From Eledone cirrhosa (Eukaryota), in contig OZ024740.1 of the NCBI GenBank assembly GCA_964016885.1, positions 268,460,001 to 268,524,000 of the forward strand: DNA of 64,000 bases. The letters run 5' to 3'. This document shows, in pieces, positions 59,691 through 64,000 of this stretch. The first letter of the stretch is position 1; each line of letters opens with the position of its first letter. The translations under genes were made by a program, and so were the position numbers. Under the pieces are notes generated by a model that saw nothing but the letters and a program-made list of their open reading frames with translations, was not told where the DNA came from and ran no database searches.

Positions 59691-60399
59691 ACAAACAAAA
59701 CAAAGTAATGTTTTACCCAGTATATTTCAACATGATATTTCAGGGCTATACCCTCTTTTCAAATGTAAAGCGAAAACGATTCAAAACAAAATGAATGATC
59801 TTCACTAATTGGTCAAAGTGTCTAAAATACACTTTATGCATTTTCAATCTATTTGACGTGCCACTTACATCATTTGATGTTCATTTCTCACAGTTATCAA
59901 CGGTTGGCTGTATACATGTATTTTAGCTTTAGTAAGTACTTACAGATATGTGGCTTATTTTCTCAATGTATTTATAAAACTAAGATAAAGAAATGTAGGC
60001 TATGCAAGCTGCAGGGAAGACTGTCTGTCAAGGAGAACAGCCACACCAAATTAATAAAATACCTTGAGTTATATGTAGGCAACCTGTGTAGTTTCTCTGA
60101 ATAAAAACAGATCACCTCCCTAGTGCTGGTTGCATGATAAAATGCACCCAGATTAGATTGAAAAGTGACTGGTGATAGGAAGGGTATCGAGCAACACAAA
60201 CACTGTAAAAACTATTGAAAGTATAACATATAAGAGTCACACAAATTGCATATACTGGACTAACACTAGTAATGTTAATGTTGTGCATGGTAGTGAGGCG
60301 GCTAAGCTAGTCATATGTAAGAACCCCCCAATCATCATCAAGCAATTTCACAACCACTTTCTCTTTCAGGTATAGAAAGCTACTACTAAAGAATGACCC

Positions 60400-62047
60400 A
60401 ACCACCATAACACAAAGCTTCACCTCTTAATGTGGGTACATTGCAACATAGACTAGGAAAATGTTGAAGTTGCTTGAGAGGTGACAAGTGGATATCTGCT
60501 GTGTTCATAAGGTGAGATGAAGTTTGCCCCTGGAAGGCTACTGACAGGCAAACAACATAAATATAAGCTTTTCTGGGTAGGAAATGAGGATGGGGTAGGT
60601 GGAGTAGAGTAGGCTTATTAGCTGATACATGGATAGATGAGGACAGCGTAAAGAATGAAAGGATTGTTTCTATGAGGAACTCTTATGGACAACTTCAGTT
60701 ACATATGACAGACCTCATCATCTTAGCTGGTGACTTCTGTGGACATATTGAGTAGTACTAGGTTTGCCACATGACATGGTGAGTGTAGTTATGGTTCAAG
60801 AAATAAAGAGAGCAAGATTCCTAGACTTCTGTGATGTAAATGAACTAACTATTTGCAATTTTAACTTTAGGACATTGAGCAGACACCTGATCATCTATCA
60901 ATCAGGTGAATACACAAGCCAGAGTGATATTTTACTTGTTAGAAAATAGGATAGACAGATAATTATGAATTTTAGGTCCTTCCCTGAAGAAGAATACACC
61001 ACACAACATAAATAATTATTAATAACATCAGAATAAGCACAAAATGGAACAAAAAACACAGGAAAACCTGAAGTAGAGAATGGAAGCTAAAGGACTTCTC
61101 TGTTAAATATAGATTTTAAAAAAGCTCTAGGGGATGCAGCCTATCAAGAGATGGTCACTGAGATGCTGAAATCTGGGGAAGAAGGAGTCGAACTAGAGAC
61201 CTGCATAATCAATCAGATAATACATGATGGAGTCATACCCAATGATTGGTGTAGCAGTATACTCATTAATTATCTAAATAGGCAGTTTGATTTCAAACTT
61301 ACTATAAAATTAGTATATATTCATAATTTCTACAAAATTCCTTTTCTTCATTAGTCTAGAAAATCATGAGCTAAATACATAACCAAATGAAACTAATCAT
61401 TATTTTAATATGCTTTTAGATGTTGTTATGTTTTGATGGATCTGCAGTATATGTTGCCAATCTTTTTGATCCCGACATCACAACTGACACCACATCTTCA
61501 GATTTGATCTTACCGTGTTTTTGTTTGGCCTTCTATCATTCTTCTTGAATCATCACTCCATCGAAGGTGTAGCAGTTTGCCTTTTTTAATGGCTAGACAG
61601 TATACATCTCACCACACCTGCATACGATCATGGGCATATTCTATTTATTTGGGGCAGTGACTGCAGAAGACGTGTACACTGGAAAGAAATGGAGGATCCA
61701 TGCGTCGTTGGATGTGCAATGTAAATGTGACAGAAAGACAAAACTTGGATGAACTGAAGGAGAAGCTGGGTTTAAGAGAAATCCAAGATGGTGTGCAGGA
61801 GAGAAATATACATTGATACGGATGTGATGCACATGGATGATGACCAGTGGGTGAAGAAGTGCCAGGAAATGTTAATGGAAGGAAGTCACAGTAGAAGTAG
61901 ACTGAGAAAGACCTGAGCAAGGGTGGTGAGAGCTGACTTCAAATCTCTGAGACTCACAGAGATGATGACGAAGAAACGTGGCAAGTGGAAGGATGCTGTG
62001 CTGAGAAGTGTGGAAAAACAGACATAAAAATGATGATGATGATGATG
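60400..62047 (+). mobile_element. Heavily deleted RTE-clade LINE with (GAT)n tail
   Basis: LNVGTL, YKLFWVG, ILAGDF, RFLDFC, IPNDWCSSILI, MRRWMCNV; ends in (GAT)n. Confidence 0.75.
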
Positions 62048-62199
62048 TGTCTGATTCCTTTTTAATTGAGAGAAGTGGTACTCTGGCTGTAATCATATAT
62101 TCTTGGTAGAAGTAGATTTATGTTCAACAGAATCCTTTCTCTGACATGATTCTCCTCTCCTTTACAACTTGAATATTTGAATTGTGTACATCACAAAGA

Positions 62200-62462
62200 T
62201 GTGGAGGCTCATGGCCTAGTGGTAAGGGTGTTGGACTTCCAATCATAATGCTGTGGGTTCGATTCCTGGGTTGGCTGGCATGTTGTGTTCTTGAGAAAAA
62301 CACTTCATTTCATTGCTCTAGTATGGAAGTGAGTACCAGCAATAGCTGGGGGTTTAACCCTGTGATGGACTGGCGTCCTGACCAGGGGAAAGTCTTGTAC
62401 TTTCAGTCACTTCATGCTATGAAACCAGGATAAGCCACTGGCCTAATGAGCCCTCTAGCTTA
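62200..62462 (+). mobile_element. tRNA-derived SINE with V-domain-like segment
   Basis: TGGCCTAGTGG..GGTTCGATTCC; AACCCTGTGATGGACTGGCGTCC..CTTCATGCTATGAAACCAGGATAAGC. Confidence 0.7.
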
Positions 62463-63017
62463 AACAGACTTTAGAATTCGGACATCACAAAGATGGTCAT
62501 GTCAGCCTAAGCAAAATTAAAATTCAGAATTCTGAGCTGTTAAACAGACTCTTGCATCCGACTGATTGGTAAAGAGTCAGTTATCAATAAACTAAAAACA
62601 ATACGTTACTTCATCTGTGCCTTTTCTACAGCCATGACAACAGTTATTGTTTTGCTGATATTAAATCTGCCCAAGATTAGGTATCTCTCTAAAATTTTGT
62701 ACTAAATACTTTTCCCAAATATTTTTTCTCTCATAACTGCAACCCCCTTGGCCATCATTCTTTTATGTTATCAACTTATAACTGAACTGCATTCACATCA
62801 ATGTCACTAAATTTGGAGAGACTTTTACAAAGCTTATGTTTGGGTAGTGATCTTTCTACTCTGACAAAATTAAAACAGAATTTTAGAAGCCACATGAATA
62901 TGTAGATAAAGAGATAGTATCTGGGTATTAAAGTTATCAAAGAAAACTGGTGTCAATGAAAAATAAATGAAATCAATTAGAATTAATATAAGATATATAA
63001 TGGTCAGTGATCCTGAA

Positions 63018-63232
63018 ATAATGGTTTCTGATTTAGGCACAAGGTCAACAATTTTGGGGAAGGGGTAAGTCGATTAAATCGACTGCAGTGTATAAATAGT
63101 ACTTTATTTTATCGACCCCGTAAGGATGAAAGGCAAAGCTAACCTTGGCGGGATTTAAACTCAAATCGTAAAGGGTAGTAACTTTATGCCGCAAAACATG
63201 GTGCAGATACTTTACCGATGCTGGTATTCCAT
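63018..63232 (-). mobile_element. tRNA-derived Meta-like SINE
   Basis: Same family core. Confidence 0.85.
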
Positions 63233-63364
63233 CATGAAATAATACTGTCTGGTCACTAAAAGATATACAAGTCTTTTAAACTACATCTATCCCAATCTTC
63301 TGATAATTACTTCATTGGATCAGAAATGTTCAGAAGTTCACATTGGCCTATTTACCATCATCAA

Positions 63365-63595
63365 CATTGGATCGAGCGAATTGTCCGAGCCAACTTCACT
63401 GTCCCTGTCTTCCATTGGTTTTCAGGTCTTCGAATGTTAAACCAGCATCTTTGATCAGTTGGTCGACATAAGTCATCCGAGGACACCTGATGCGAAAGTG
63501 TCAGTGGGTTGGCATCCACAAAAGAAGCCTGCTAACAAGCTTATTTTTGCTTTGGAAGCAGTGCCCAGTGTATCTTATCTTTCTTTCCCTAACTA
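63365..63595 (-). mobile_element. RTE-like LINE 3' fragment
   Basis: RIRYTGHCFQSK..LLLWMPTH..RMTYVDQLIKDAG; homolog of 14497-14725. Confidence 0.65.
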
Positions 63596-64000
63596 TTTAT
63601 AAAACAATAAATTAAACATTTATGATATATCATCGCAAACCATTCGTACCAGCAGTTTTAAATATGACTGTTATATCTGTTCAGTTATTGTTTTGTCCCA
63701 GGTAAGCTTTGACATAGTAAACCTATGATTAGAGAAATTCTAGTTGCGACAACCCCGACTTTCTAGACAGTTCAACTCAAACTAGATTTGGCACTTCTAA
63801 ACTCATTTTTCAAAGCTATTTGCATGAGTTTTTTAGACACAACCTAATCAAAAAATCCCTTCTCTGATATTTACGTGATATTTTCCCTTCTCTGATATTT
63901 ACGTGTATTTAATACTTTTCATTTGCTGGTAAAGTAAAAACGTTGATTTGAGAAAGCAATTGAAATCTAACTCAATTTAAGGCTGTAGCCTTAAAATGAG

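Overview
AT-rich, microsatellite-dense eukaryotic DNA, probably cephalopod/octopus-like (inferred from SINE types and repeat landscape). No host gene can be supported. Most ORFs in the track are artefacts of (TA)n, (CA)n, (GA)n and (GTA)n tracts. Recognisable elements are: a near-intact Neptune-type Penelope-like retroelement (PLE; RT + GIY-YIG, 45.7-50.8 kb, inverted pseudo-LTR), a decayed Naiad-type PLE, two Helitrons, decayed RTE LINEs, CRE- and R4-type RLE fragments, about a dozen tRNA-derived SINEs and several MITEs. The dominant unexplained structure is a set of roughly 20 sequence-unrelated short elements (150-1300 bp), each sitting between (TA)n tracts and densest at 30-55 kb. Most are fold-back hairpins with their 3' ends facing outward; a few are partial tandem repeats. 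Nearly all carry a type I hammerhead ribozyme (HHR) that I could fold by hand. At least six unrelated families use the compensatory U3-A8 core (UUGAnAA), and several have very long stems II/III. All folds are manual and coordinates are approximate to a few bases; no searches were run.
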